A stretch of DNA of 64,000 nt from Candidatus Sericytochromatia bacterium. GTDB taxonomy: Bacteria > Cyanobacteriota > Sericytochromatia > S15B-MN24 > VGJW01. Below, piece by piece: positions 29,509 through 39,467 of this stretch (positions are counted from its first letter, which is position 1; each line of letters begins with the position of its first letter). A program made the translations under genes and the position numbers. Under the pieces are notes generated by a model that ran no database searches, had not been told where the DNA came from, and saw only the letters and a program-made list of their open reading frames with translations. The DNA lies in contig JAYKHS010000022.1 in assembly GCA_035285865.1 (NCBI GenBank), positions 128,273 through 192,272 of the forward strand. The letters are read 5' to 3'.

Positions 29509-30657
29509 GTGCGTTTCTCCGATTCCGCAGGCACTGACGCCGCGCGACACCCCGAACAAGACGGCTTGCCAGCCATGATGGCCGCCGCATTCTGCGGTGG
29601 GGATGCCGGGCTTGCCGTCAGGCCCTTCGGATCGGGCAACATCAACCGCACATACCTCGTCATGCCGGGGCAAGGCGATCGTCCACCTTTCCTGCTGCAG
29701 TGCCTGAACACCGAGGTCTTCCGGCAACCAGAACTGGTCGCCGCTAACATCCGCGAAGTGCTGGGCCATGTCGCGGCGAACCTTGCCGCCCCGGATGGTC
29801 GGGTTGTCGGACGCTGGGAACTGCCTGAAGTGCTGCTGACGACGGAGGGCCGGGACCATGTCGTGGCCCCTGACGGCACCTGGTGGCGGGCCCAACGGTT
29901 CATCTCGGGCACCCGCACGGTGGATCGGGTCGAGGATCCGGGCATTGCCCGCGAGGTCGGTCGCGGATTGGGCTGTTTCCACAGGCTTGTGGCCGACCTG
30001 CCCGTTTCCGGGTTGGCCGACACGTTGCCCGGGTTCCATGTGACACCGGGTTATCTGGCTCGGTACGACATGGTCCGGGAAGGCCTGCCCGAGTCCGGTA
30101 ACTCCGAGGAACGCTGGTGTCACGATTTCATCGGGCGCCATCGGCATGTGGCGCCCATGCTTGAAGATGCCTTGGCCGAAGGGCGCCTCCGGATCCGCCC
30201 GATTCACGGCGACCCCAAGGTCAACAATATCCTTCTGGACGAAGGGACAGGCGCGGCGGTTGCGGTCATCGATCTCGACACCGTCAAGCCGGGCTTGCTG
30301 CACTACGACCTCGGGGATTGCCTGCGGTCCAGTTGCAACCCTGCCGGGGAAGAACCCGCCGATCCGGGCGCGGTTCGTTTCGATCTGGATCTGGCCCGGG
30401 CGGTCCTGGAGGGCTACATGGGGGTGGCCGGCGCTGTTCTGGGACCTGCGGACCGTGACCTGATCCCCGCCTCCGCCCGTCTTTTGGCCTTCGAACTGGG
30501 CCTGCGGTTCTTCACCGATCATCTGGAGGGCGATGTCTATTTCCGGGTCGAGGAACGCGGATTGAACCTGCGGCGTGCCCGGGTGCAGTTCCGTCTGGCG
30601 GACGCCATCGAGGCCCGGTTCGACGATCTGGCGGCCATCGTCCGGGAGTGCGCGTGA
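29509..30657 (+). CDS. APH-family phosphotransferase (N-acetylhexosamine kinase-like); start uncertain
   Basis: GSGNINRTY, IHGDPKVNN, VIDLDTV, ELGLRFFTDHL. Confidence 0.85.
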   Translation: MRFSDSAGTDAARHPEQDGLPAMMAAAFCGGDAGLAVRPFGSGNINRTYLVMPGQGDRPPFLLQCLNTEVFRQPELVAANIREVLGHVAANLAAPDGRVVGRWELPEVLLTTEGRDHVVAPDGTWWRAQRFISGTRTVDRVEDPGIAREVGRGLGCFHRLVADLPVSGLADTLPGFHVTPGYLARYDMVREGLPESGNSEERWCHDFIGRHRHVAPMLEDALAEGRLRIRPIHGDPKVNNILLDEGTGAAVAVIDLDTVKPGLLHYDLGDCLRSSCNPAGEEPADPGAVRFDLDLARAVLEGYMGVAGAVLGPADRDLIPASARLLAFELGLRFFTDHLEGDVYFRVEERGLNLRRARVQFRLADAIEARFDDLAAIVRECA

Positions 30658-31202
30658 GCGAAACCTGGCTGCACCTGCATCCGTGGCCGGGCGAGCCCGC
30701 ACCCGAGGGCGTGACCGTGAAGGCCCGGGCGCGCCTCGAGGACAGCCATCTCGAGATCGGCTGGGTCGTCGGGGATCCTCTGGGCGTGGTGGATTGGCCT
30801 GCCGTCTCGTCGGCACCCGAAAGGCGCGACGGCCTGTGGGAGGCCACCTGTCTCGAGGCTTTCCGGGCCGGAGACTCGTCCGAGGCCTACGAGGAACTCA
30901 ACCTGTCCCCCGAAGGGCATTGGCAGATCTATGCCTTTGCCAACTACCGTGCAGGTGGCCGTGCGGACCCCGGGCAGGACCGACCAGCCGTCAGGTTCAA
31001 GGCCGGGCGCGGGGTCCGACTCGTCTCGGCCTCGTGGTTGCTGGCGCGTCCCCAGGCCGTGATCAGGGTAGGGTTGACGGCCATGATCCGCACACGCGAA
31101 GGGACCATGTCCTGCTGGGCGCTTCGGCATCCCGGTGCGCAGCCCGACTTTCACCTCGCCGAAACAAGGATGCTCGAACTCGTCTCGAGACGGCCCGACT
31201 GA
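30654..31202 (+). CDS. DOMON-like carbohydrate-binding domain protein
   Basis: RRDGLWEATCLEAF, YEELNLSP.G.W, WALRHP..QPDFH. Confidence 0.8.
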   Translation: MSETWLHLHPWPGEPAPEGVTVKARARLEDSHLEIGWVVGDPLGVVDWPAVSSAPERRDGLWEATCLEAFRAGDSSEAYEELNLSPEGHWQIYAFANYRAGGRADPGQDRPAVRFKAGRGVRLVSASWLLARPQAVIRVGLTAMIRTREGTMSCWALRHPGAQPDFHLAETRMLELVSRRPD

Positions 31203-31224
31203 ACGCCTGGCAACCAAGGCTTTC

Positions 31225-31911
31225 TCAGGACACCACCGGCCACGCCGGTGCACCCCACGCCTTCTGCGGGTGATCCATCATCAGAGCGATCACGAGCGGC
31301 ACAAGGCGGGCCAGGAACCGTGCGGTATCGCGGATCTGGTCCCGGTTCACGCTGCTGCGCCACGTCGCACCGCCGTGGACCAACTGGTTGCGCAGCGTGT
31401 AGACCCGGCCAAGCACCAAGGTCAGCACCCGCTCCGTCTGTCCGGTGCCCAGTGCCTTGTGAGCCTGGGCCTTGGCCTGCTCGAAGTCGTGCGCGTAGAC
31501 TTCGTGGGTGACTTCGCCCCGATGGTATTCCCAGAAGCGCGGAAATACATAGGGATTGTCCAGCAGCATTCTGATGCTGCCCGGAAACTCTTTCCAAACC
31601 AGATTTTCCAGACGCCGATTCGCGGCATCGAGCGAAAGGATGGCCTGGGTGAAGGTGCGGAAGGCTTCCTGCTCGGACAGCATTACCTGCTGGTCCATGT
31701 CGCGTGCATAGGCCGCATTGAAGGCAATCCACAGGAAGATGACCTGACCGTCGGGGTCCCCGGCATCAGCCAGTTGCTCGGCCCGCTCCAGCCAACTGAG
31801 CGCACGATGGACCCGCAGGTTCAGGTCCTGGGGTAGCCCTTCCCTGATTGCGCGATGGCGAGCCTTCAGGGCACGGTGCGTCAGGTCGTCCGAGGTCGGG
31901 GATGCCGGCAA
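31225..31911 (-). CDS. HEPN domain protein
   Basis: LRVHRALSWL, FLWIAFNAAY, YTLRNQLVHGGAT (RxxxxH). Confidence 0.8.
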   Translation of the reverse strand: MPASPTSDDLTHRALKARHRAIREGLPQDLNLRVHRALSWLERAEQLADAGDPDGQVIFLWIAFNAAYARDMDQQVMLSEQEAFRTFTQAILSLDAANRRLENLVWKEFPGSIRMLLDNPYVFPRFWEYHRGEVTHEVYAHDFEQAKAQAHKALGTGQTERVLTLVLGRVYTLRNQLVHGGATWRSSVNRDQIRDTARFLARLVPLVIALMMDHPQKAWGAPAWPVVS

Positions 31912-32063
31912 GGGTTCGTGCTCCGGGGCGCGGGGAGGCCGGGATCGGGCGACACCGGACCGACCGAACGATAGGCAGTGCCGAGGCCCATGTCAAACGC
32001 GTGCTTCGTCGGCGGTATCCTTGGGAGGCAGGTTCCTGGCGAGGGCTACAGGTCGCTCCACGT

Positions 32064-32082
32064 GGTGAACGGTCGGTGAGCA
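32064..32082 (+). promoter_or_regulatory. putative SARP/BTAD-type direct-repeat operator
   Basis: GGTGAACG-GTC-GGTGAGCA upstream of the NHL lipoprotein. Confidence 0.55.
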
Positions 32083-32130
32083 GTCGACAGGACTGAACTG
32101 TCGAGGCAGGAAGCGGCAAGGAGGTGGGAC

Positions 32131-33963
32131 GTGCAGCAGGTTTCAGGCTTGGGGCTGTCGTTGTCGCAGGCCCTGATGGCAGCTTTGCTGCTGGCCGGTT
32201 GTGTGAACGTCCTGCCCGGTGGCAGCCCGCGTGTGACCTTGGCTCCGCAACTCGGCGAAGCTCGGACGGGGCCAGGGGACGCACCGGACGGAGGTGCCGC
32301 ATCCGGTGGACAGGCTTCGACGCAAGAAGGGGGAAGTGTCGATCGGGTCATGCGTGGGCAGTTCCGCATGCCCTTGTTGCAACTGGTCAGCAATGATTCC
32401 GCAGGCCTTTCCGACGTGGGCGCCGGCATCTTCCTGAGCGACGTCGGCGGCGGGATGTTCTACCGCACAATGGCCTCGATTGCCCGGACCACCCAGGCAC
32501 TGGAAGAGTCCGGCCGGGCCGGAGCCAATGTAGTGGTCGAATCCGCTGACGCGCGGGTGCTTGGACCTGCCGTCCGCACGGATGATGCGGGACGCTTTGC
32601 CGTCCGGTTGCCGTTGACGGCCAGCGGGAGCGTCCTGATCCGGGTGACCTTGCCCGAGGGCGGCGTGACCTATGCCTTCGGGGCGATTGCCTCGCTGCCG
32701 GCCTCGGGGGAGGCTAGTGCCGACGTGGACCTTGCCTCCTCGCTGGTGGCCAACACGCTTGCGATGGCGCCTGATCGGTCTGCCTTGATCCGGCAACTCG
32801 ATCTGCGGCGCTTGCCGGAGCTGTTGGGCCTCTTGCGGACGCGGCTTGCTCCCGATGTCGTGCCCTACATGGCTTCCGGTTCCCTGGACGTGCCTGCCCT
32901 GCTGGGCCAGATCATCGAGGATGATGGGGAGGTCCGCGCCGTCGCACGTGCCCTCAATCCTCGTCTCGGCCTGCGGGGAGACTCCTTGCGGGTCAGCACG
33001 CTCTTCACCGCACGGGACCTCGTGCGGCTGGGCATCCACAAGGATGATCTCTCTTTCGCTGCGGCGGGTCCCTTCGCTGTCGACGCATCCGGGGACATTC
33101 TCCTGCCGCGGCAGGTGGCCGAAGCCTCCGAGGCCATCGAGATTGTCCGCCTGGCCTCATCGGGCGCCACCTCGAGCTTTGCGACCCTGCCGACGGGTTA
33201 CGTGAATCCGATTCTCCAGGCCTTCGGTCCCGATGGCCGCTACTGGGCTGCTGCCCTGCATGTGGAGTCGGGTGAGGTACGCGTCTTCAAGCAGGCTGCA
33301 TCGGGTCTCGTCCTTGATGAGGGCCCGCTCGTCACCTTCCCCGCGCGCGGTACCCGCAGCCTTGGCGGGAGGCTGGCCGTCGATGCCCGCGACAACGTCG
33401 TGTGCACACTGCCCGATGCCTCCATCGTGGTCGTCAAGGCTCCGGGCCAGCAAGGACGGGTGCTTGCCGGCTCGTTCGGGGTAGCCGGCTTCGCCGATGG
33501 CCAGGGCGATGTGGCGCGGTTCCGTGACCCTGCAGGTGCGGTGTTCGGTCCGGATGGTGCCGTCTACGTCACCGATGAGGGCAACCGCGCCATCCGTCGC
33601 GTCTCCCGGCTCGGGATCGTCACGACCGTCGCCGGGGCGCCGGACGGCGAGCTCTACCGCATTGGCCGGGGTCAGGCAGCGCGATTCGGCAGCCCGGAAT
33701 CTCTGGTTGTCCTCGGCCGATCGGTGATTGTCTCGGATGCCCGATCCAACCGTATCCGCAGGGTCTCCGCCTCGGGCATGGTCTTCACCGTGGCCGGCAC
33801 CGGTGAGGACGGAGTTGTGGACGGCCCGGCCGCCGAAGCGAAGCTGAGCCGCCCGAAGGCGCTCCGCCTCGACGGCGAGGGTAACCTGTACTTCCAGGAC
33901 CGTGTTCAGGATCCGGTATCGGGTGACTTCTACCAGGTGATCCGCAAGATCTCCCGCGATTGA
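32131..33963 (+). CDS. lipoprotein with NHL/beta-propeller repeats
   Basis: Lipobox LAGC; GFADGQGDVARFRDPAG, YVTDEGNRAIRRV, TVAGTG. Confidence 0.8.
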   Translation: MQQVSGLGLSLSQALMAALLLAGCVNVLPGGSPRVTLAPQLGEARTGPGDAPDGGAASGGQASTQEGGSVDRVMRGQFRMPLLQLVSNDSAGLSDVGAGIFLSDVGGGMFYRTMASIARTTQALEESGRAGANVVVESADARVLGPAVRTDDAGRFAVRLPLTASGSVLIRVTLPEGGVTYAFGAIASLPASGEASADVDLASSLVANTLAMAPDRSALIRQLDLRRLPELLGLLRTRLAPDVVPYMASGSLDVPALLGQIIEDDGEVRAVARALNPRLGLRGDSLRVSTLFTARDLVRLGIHKDDLSFAAAGPFAVDASGDILLPRQVAEASEAIEIVRLASSGATSSFATLPTGYVNPILQAFGPDGRYWAAALHVESGEVRVFKQAASGLVLDEGPLVTFPARGTRSLGGRLAVDARDNVVCTLPDASIVVVKAPGQQGRVLAGSFGVAGFADGQGDVARFRDPAGAVFGPDGAVYVTDEGNRAIRRVSRLGIVTTVAGAPDGELYRIGRGQAARFGSPESLVVLGRSVIVSDARSNRIRRVSASGMVFTVAGTGEDGVVDGPAAEAKLSRPKALRLDGEGNLYFQDRVQDPVSGDFYQVIRKISRD

Positions 33964-36900
33964 TCACGTTTGCCGGGAGAGGTACTCCAACGCCAACCGA
34001 ACCGTGAAACGTCCCTCCTTGACTTGCGCCACGAGGTCGTCGGTGTCCTCGTCGGCATCGAGGCCGTGCTCGGCGCGCAAGACCTGCAGCGAGGCTGCGG
34101 TGCTTCGCAAGGCGTCCTGAGCCCGTTCCTGCATGCACAGGGCAATCATTCGGGCGCGAATCGCACCTTGGCTTGTCGGGTCAGCTTCGAGGCATGCAGT
34201 GGCCAGACGCTCCAGATCAGGCCAATCACCTGCTTCACCTGCTTCGGCAAAGGTGGTTTCCCACGCTCGGACGGCCAGCCTGCGCAGGCCTTCGCGTTCG
34301 ACCTGGCACCAGGGGTGGTCAGGGAATTCCTCGAGGAACGGTCCGCGGTAATGCGCAAGGGCTTCCCGACGCAGGCGCGAGCGGTCGGTCGGGGGCGTCT
34401 CGGGTCTGCCGGCCTGGTCCAGCAGGGCACGCAGTCCGTTGACGTCGAGGCGAGCCCGGAGGCCCCGCGCAAAGACATACCTGCCGTCATGGAAGTGAAT
34501 GAAGCGGCTCTGACTTCCCTTGGGTGCCTCGGGTTCCAGGATCTGACGTAGTCTGCTGATGACCATGGCCAGCGCGGATCGGGCAGGCTCGGAACCCGGA
34601 TACAGGAGGTCATGCAGGCGCTCCTTGGTGGCGCCCTGGGGGTGCATGAGGAGGTAGGCCAGCACCAGTTTCGCGTTGCTTGTCCGCCACTCCCGGACAC
34701 GCAAAGGCGTGCCTTCGATGCGGACCTCGAAAGACCCGCAGGTGTCCATCTCGAGGTTCGGCGGCAGGGGCGGCGGTGGCGATTCCGGCATGGCTGCGCC
34801 TCGTGGGCGCAGCGGATAGCCATGCTTGTCGGCCAATGTTCGAGCTCGTGCAAGTGCCGCTTCGGCCTGCAGGGCTTCGCCGCGGCCTGCATGCGCGGCT
34901 TCCAGCAGTTCGAGCGTTCGGAACAGCTGGAGGTCGTTGGTCGTGCGTTCCAGGTGGCCCAGGATGACATGACAGTGTTCGAGGGCCCTGTCGGGTTGTC
35001 CTTCCGCAAGGGCGATCCGGGCGGCCACGGCAGCGGCCTCCGTCATCGAGGCTGCCGCCAAGGGCTGTCCCGCACTTTCGACGGCCTGCTCGAGAGACGC
35101 ACGTGCCTTGGGCAGGTTCGCCAGCCCGAGAGCTGCCTCTGCCAGGCCCAGATGACCCAGTGCCGTGGCACCCGTATCCCCAAGCCGGGCGGCGATGTCG
35201 AGCGACTCGTCGTAGGCTTCCGCAGCGGCGCGACCGTCGCCACCGGCCGCCAACAGCTGCCCTCGCGTGCGCAGCAGCAGCATCCTGTCACGAGGGGTAC
35301 CGGATCGATTGGCAACGGCCATGCCCTGCTCCAGGGTCTGCCAAGCTTCCTCGAGGCGGCCCATGTGCAGGTGGCAGAGTGCCAGGTTGTTGAACGTCAA
35401 GGGAAAGGGTGAGAGCGCGTGGGCCTCTGCCTGTCGGATGGCCTCGCCATAGGCCGCGACGGCGCGTTCGAGGTGACCCGATCGTGCGTGCACCAGGCCG
35501 CGGTTGTGCAGGATGCGCATCTCGCCGGCGGGCCGTCCCGCCATCCTGAAGTCCGCCAACGCGCCTGCAAAGTGTTCCAGCGCGGAGTCGAGCTCGAGCT
35601 CCTGCAGCGCGGCCAGTCCGAGAGCGTTGCGGGCAAGCCCGCGGGAGCCGGCATCCTCGGCGTGAATGGCCTTCAAGGCGTGTACCTTCAGGGCCTCGAT
35701 CCTGCCACGGGCGCCCCATGCCGCGGCGAGGCCCGCCGAAATCCGCAACGCCAACTCGGTCTCTTGGCTCGGGCATGCACCGAGTGCCTGTTCAAGAATT
35801 TCGCAGGCCTCGACGCACGCACCTGATTCCCGGCTGCACTCGCCTCGGGCATGGAGCCACGCTGCAGACTTGCCGCGTACCTCAGGCGGAAAGAGCGTCA
35901 GCGTCTCGAGGACCGTCTCCCGCTTGCCCTCCGCCAGAAGTTGGCCGAGGCTCGCGACCAGAAGGTCTTCGGCTCCGGCAATGTCCTCTGCGCGCAGCAG
36001 ACAGCGGATGGCCTGCTCGGGCTCGGCCGCGACGAGGAGCGCCACGCGGCGCCAGATGGTCGACTGTTCCGCCTTGGGCTGTTCCCGGGAAAGCCGACGG
36101 ACGAGAAACTCCCGGAAGAAGGATTGCCACTCGATCTCGTCGCGCCCGACGCGCCCGAAGGATTCGAGGCGGGCGAGGGCCCTGCGCGCCTCCTCCCAAG
36201 ATGTCCCGGCAAGCGTCCGTACGCTCTCGGCATCAAGCACCTGAAGGGGGGCGGTCCGCAGGAGGAGTTCCCGAACTGGCGTATCAAGGGGGGCCAGGAC
36301 CTCCTGAACGAGGTAGGCATCCAATGCGTGCTCGTCTTCGCCACTGCCGGGCAGCAGTCCCGATGCCCGAGCTGCAGGGCGCGGCACGGCCATCCACGCT
36401 GCGCCCGCGGCCCAGCCGCCGGTCGCGGCGACGATGCCCGTGGCCTGGCGCGCATCCGCGGATTGCCCCGTGCTCGCGAGCAGGCGCGCGACCTCGAGGG
36501 GCGTCATGGCCAGATCGGCCTTGCCGAGATCCAGGACATGGCCTGCCAGGCGTTCGCGGGCAAGATCCACCGGTAGGGTCCGTCCCGCCAGCACGAGTCG
36601 GATGTTGTCGGGCAGGTTCCCCACCAGACTGCGGACGATCCGTTGGCTCGACGCATGGCGCTCGATGCGCTCGAGCTGATCCAGAACCAGCAGCAGAGGT
36701 TCCTCATGGGCCATCGCGAGGTCGTCGCACAGCACGGCCACGACCTGTTCCCAGTCTTCGGCATCGTGAATCTCGCGGCGGGCTCGGGCTGACCCGAGCA
36801 GGCCGGGCACCATGCGTCCGAGGCATGCCTCCAGGTGCCCGTACAGCACGGCTGCATCCGCATCCATTTCACCGAGGCCGAACCATCCGGCAGGAATCCG

Positions 36901-37083
36901 GACACGCGCGACCAGGCTCGCCAGCAAGGTCGTCTTGCCCGAGCCGGCTGCAGCCGCGACGACACTGATACGGGGCGCAGCGACATCGGGTGGGTCGAGT
37001 CGTTGCAGCAGATCCGTCCTCTCGACATGGTGGGTCGGGAGGGAGGGCACGGCCAATCGGCGGCCGAGGATGGTCCAGATCAC
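33964..37083 (-). CDS. large ATP-binding regulator: MalT-like STAND ATPase + TPR + wHTH-BTAD
   Basis: AAAGSGKTT, LLLVLDQ, TGGWAAG, YLVQEVL; TPRs; KLVLAYLL..., ISRLRQILEP, YRGPFL. Confidence 0.85.
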   Translation of the reverse strand: MIWTILGRRLAVPSLPTHHVERTDLLQRLDPPDVAAPRISVVAAAAGSGKTTLLASLVARVRIPAGWFGLGEMDADAAVLYGHLEACLGRMVPGLLGSARARREIHDAEDWEQVVAVLCDDLAMAHEEPLLLVLDQLERIERHASSQRIVRSLVGNLPDNIRLVLAGRTLPVDLARERLAGHVLDLGKADLAMTPLEVARLLASTGQSADARQATGIVAATGGWAAGAAWMAVPRPAARASGLLPGSGEDEHALDAYLVQEVLAPLDTPVRELLLRTAPLQVLDAESVRTLAGTSWEEARRALARLESFGRVGRDEIEWQSFFREFLVRRLSREQPKAEQSTIWRRVALLVAAEPEQAIRCLLRAEDIAGAEDLLVASLGQLLAEGKRETVLETLTLFPPEVRGKSAAWLHARGECSRESGACVEACEILEQALGACPSQETELALRISAGLAAAWGARGRIEALKVHALKAIHAEDAGSRGLARNALGLAALQELELDSALEHFAGALADFRMAGRPAGEMRILHNRGLVHARSGHLERAVAAYGEAIRQAEAHALSPFPLTFNNLALCHLHMGRLEEAWQTLEQGMAVANRSGTPRDRMLLLRTRGQLLAAGGDGRAAAEAYDESLDIAARLGDTGATALGHLGLAEAALGLANLPKARASLEQAVESAGQPLAAASMTEAAAVAARIALAEGQPDRALEHCHVILGHLERTTNDLQLFRTLELLEAAHAGRGEALQAEAALARARTLADKHGYPLRPRGAAMPESPPPPLPPNLEMDTCGSFEVRIEGTPLRVREWRTSNAKLVLAYLLMHPQGATKERLHDLLYPGSEPARSALAMVISRLRQILEPEAPKGSQSRFIHFHDGRYVFARGLRARLDVNGLRALLDQAGRPETPPTDRSRLRREALAHYRGPFLEEFPDHPWCQVEREGLRRLAVRAWETTFAEAGEAGDWPDLERLATACLEADPTSQGAIRARMIALCMQERAQDALRSTAASLQVLRAEHGLDADEDTDDLVAQVKEGRFTVRLALEYLSRQT

Positions 37084-37131
37084 GTCACCAGCATAGCGGT
37101 TGTGTCGACGTGTCCGGTCTTGAACGCACCT

Positions 37132-37164
37132 GGTGAGCGTCCGGTGAGCGGGTGTTCGGATGAC
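37132..37164 (+). promoter_or_regulatory. putative SARP/BTAD-type direct-repeat operator plus -10-like hexamer
   Basis: GGTGAGCG-TCC-GGTGAGCG-N8-GATGAC in the regulator's divergent intergenic region. Confidence 0.62.
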
Positions 37165-37226
37165 TCTCTTGTCAGCAGACAGTCGGTGGCGGGGTCACCG
37201 ACGAAACCAAGTGAGGAGACAGGACC

Positions 37227-37466
37227 ATGCCCGTGAATCTCGTGGAGCGTCAGGCGAACATCCGTGCCCGCATCGGGGCCGGTATCAACAAGGGTCAGTT
37301 GACCGGCAGCGAGGCGGCCGAGCTCGGCAAGAGCCTCAAGGACGAACACCGCGAAATCGTTCGCGATCGCATCGATGGTCCGGGCATGACGGCACCCGAG
37401 CGCTTCCGCTCCCAGCTGGACCTGCTGGAGCTGGGTGGCCAGGTCCGGGACCTTCGCCGCAACTGA
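37227..37466 (+). CDS. small helical protein (79 aa)
   Basis: GAGGAG RBS upstream, strong codon bias, RQAN..ARI..GI..GQLT..EA, followed by a terminator. Confidence 0.7.
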   Translation: MPVNLVERQANIRARIGAGINKGQLTGSEAAELGKSLKDEHREIVRDRIDGPGMTAPERFRSQLDLLELGGQVRDLRRN

Positions 37467-37480
37467 GGGCATTCCCTCAA

Positions 37481-37520
37481 GCCGGACTCGCAGGCTCCTG
37501 CGGGTCCGGCTTCGTCTTCT
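37481..37520 (+). terminator. intrinsic terminator
   Basis: GCCGGACTCGCAGG-CT-CCTGCGGGTCCGGC then TTCGTCTTCT. Confidence 0.65.
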
Positions 37521-37603
37521 CCGACCAGTGTCTTCTGGTCGTCCTGTCGCCCGGCAGGCCTTGCCAACGACCGGTCCGCTCTGTAGGGTGTTAAGAATAA
37601 GTT

Positions 37604-38386
37604 ATGAAGAGTTGGTCTTTCCCGCTGGCCTTCTTGCTGGCCGTCGCTTCCGTGGTGGGATGCGGACGCGTCGGTCAAGGTGCACCCCTGCCAGAACCCG
37701 TTGCGCCGCCCGCCACCGTACCGCTGCCCCAGCCCGATCAGCCGGCACAGCAGGGTGATGCGCAGGCCGGGTTGGCCCTCCTTCAGCGCATGCGTCAGCG
37801 TCTGCAGAGCGCCCAGGGCGTCGAGGCCATGGTGCGCTCCTTCTCCGAAGGGCGATTCAAGGCCGGCAAGCCGGTCCAGGAGCTGCGACGCAGCACCTAC
37901 CGGACGCGTCTGCTCTGGCAGAAGCCGGCCCGGATGCGCGGTGATGTCCTCGATACGGACAATTGGCTGGTGTCCGGGGCGTCGATGGTCACGACGGACG
38001 GCCGCAACGTCAAGGTCAAGGCCAGCGGCTTCCTCGGCCTCTTCCCCATCAACGTCAAGGTGGATGACGACCTGCTGGCCAGCAACCGCAATCACAAGTT
38101 CGGGGACCTGGCCCCGGACGCGATGTTCGGTCGCCTGATGGGGCCTTCGGCCGCCTGGTGGGTCGTCGGACGGCAGACGCTGGGCGGTCGGCCGATGGAC
38201 GTCATCGAGGTGCGTGGCGCACCCCCCGTGGACGCGGCAATCCGGCGCGAGATCCTGGCGGTCGATCCCGGGGACCTCACGGTGGGTTTTCTGCGCATGT
38301 ACGACGCGACCCACATGGTGGTGGACTACACGTTCCAGACCTTCCGCTGGGATCCGCGGCTGTCCTCGGACGCTTTCAGGCTCTGA
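37604..38386 (+). CDS. LolA-like fold lipoprotein
   Basis: Lipobox VVGC; WQKPARMR, VTTDG, C-terminal LSSDAF. Confidence 0.6.
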   Translation: MKSWSFPLAFLLAVASVVGCGRVGQGAPLPEPVAPPATVPLPQPDQPAQQGDAQAGLALLQRMRQRLQSAQGVEAMVRSFSEGRFKAGKPVQELRRSTYRTRLLWQKPARMRGDVLDTDNWLVSGASMVTTDGRNVKVKASGFLGLFPINVKVDDDLLASNRNHKFGDLAPDAMFGRLMGPSAAWWVVGRQTLGGRPMDVIEVRGAPPVDAAIRREILAVDPGDLTVGFLRMYDATHMVVDYTFQTFRWDPRLSSDAFRL

Positions 38387-38438
38387 GCGCCCGCAGGGGC
38401 GACCGGGAAGGTGCCCGGACCCGGTTGGCCCGGACGAG

Positions 38439-38512
<74 letters not shown>

Positions 38513-38521
38513 TCATGGTCC

Positions 38522-38550
38522 ACGTTAACGACTTGCGCGCCGCCGGTCAA
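38522..38550 (-). promoter_or_regulatory. sigma70-type promoter of tRNA-Pro
   Basis: Minus strand TTGACC-N17-TAACGT. Confidence 0.55.
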
Positions 38551-38657
38551 ACGGTCTTGGAGAAAGCTTCAGGAGGGCTTTCCCGTCCCTTAAGAATCCG
38601 CCGGGCATTGCGGCCGACAATCCCTCAGGTCACCCTTCCATCGAGAGGTCGGTCCCC

Positions 38658-39254
38658 ATGCTCGCTCCCATCGGCAACATGCAGGTTGCCCGCGCCCAGG
38701 TCCGGGCCGGTGGCATCCAGCCGGCAATGGCTGCGCAGCCCGTCGTGGCAGCCCAGTCGACCGTGCCGGTGCAGGTCCAGCAGCAGGTCGATCCCGCCAG
38801 TCAGCAGGGCGTCTATGACATGTCCCGTCTGGTGGGCAATCTCGACCACCTGTCGAAGCTCTTCGGGATGGGCATCAAGGGTCCCGGCGCGATGCGCTTC
38901 TGGGGCGGTGGCCCGATCCGCCGGTTCTTCACCTCGCTCCTGACGGGCGTGCCTAAGGAGAGCCTGCGGCAGTACGCCCAGATGGCCGACCTGATGCGGG
39001 TGCCCGGCACCAAGGCCGATTACGCCCGGATTCTGCACGCCGTCGGCATCACCAATCCGGTCCAGCTTGCCCAGTATGGAGGCAGCGACCTCGGCGCGAC
39101 GATCCAGCGGGGTGTCCTGTTCGCGACGATGACAGCCAAGTCCATCGAGCTGGCCGTCAACGAGTCCAAGAGCTTCGAACTGCCCACGATGGATGAGCTC
39201 GCCCGTATCAGCACGGCTGCCCGCGGCGTGACCATCGGCGTCCAGCAGGATTGA
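38658..39254 (+). CDS. DUF4332-like (helix-hairpin-helix) protein
   Basis: ADLMRVPG...YARILHAVGI...QLA. Confidence 0.65.
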   Translation: MLAPIGNMQVARAQVRAGGIQPAMAAQPVVAAQSTVPVQVQQQVDPASQQGVYDMSRLVGNLDHLSKLFGMGIKGPGAMRFWGGGPIRRFFTSLLTGVPKESLRQYAQMADLMRVPGTKADYARILHAVGITNPVQLAQYGGSDLGATIQRGVLFATMTAKSIELAVNESKSFELPTMDELARISTAARGVTIGVQQD

Positions 39255-39467
39255 GTCCCGTCCCGGTCCTGCTCCCCCCCTTCTTTGCAGGACCGTCGAC
39301 GCGGCGGAGTTCCCATCCCCCTCCTCATCGGGAACCCGCCAGGCGACACCGGAGCGACCCCCCTCGCTCCGGTGTTCGGCCTTTGGGGCAGTGGGCGTCT
39401 TGCTTGCCCCGGTGCCTGCCGATCGGTAGCATGACGCTTCCGGAACGTGGAAAGGGGCGCTTGGCGC

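Noticed and set aside
29340..29575. Possible structured RNA or leader between the OYE and phosphotransferase genes
   Set aside because: No recognisable riboswitch consensus; partly explained by the uncertain start codon.
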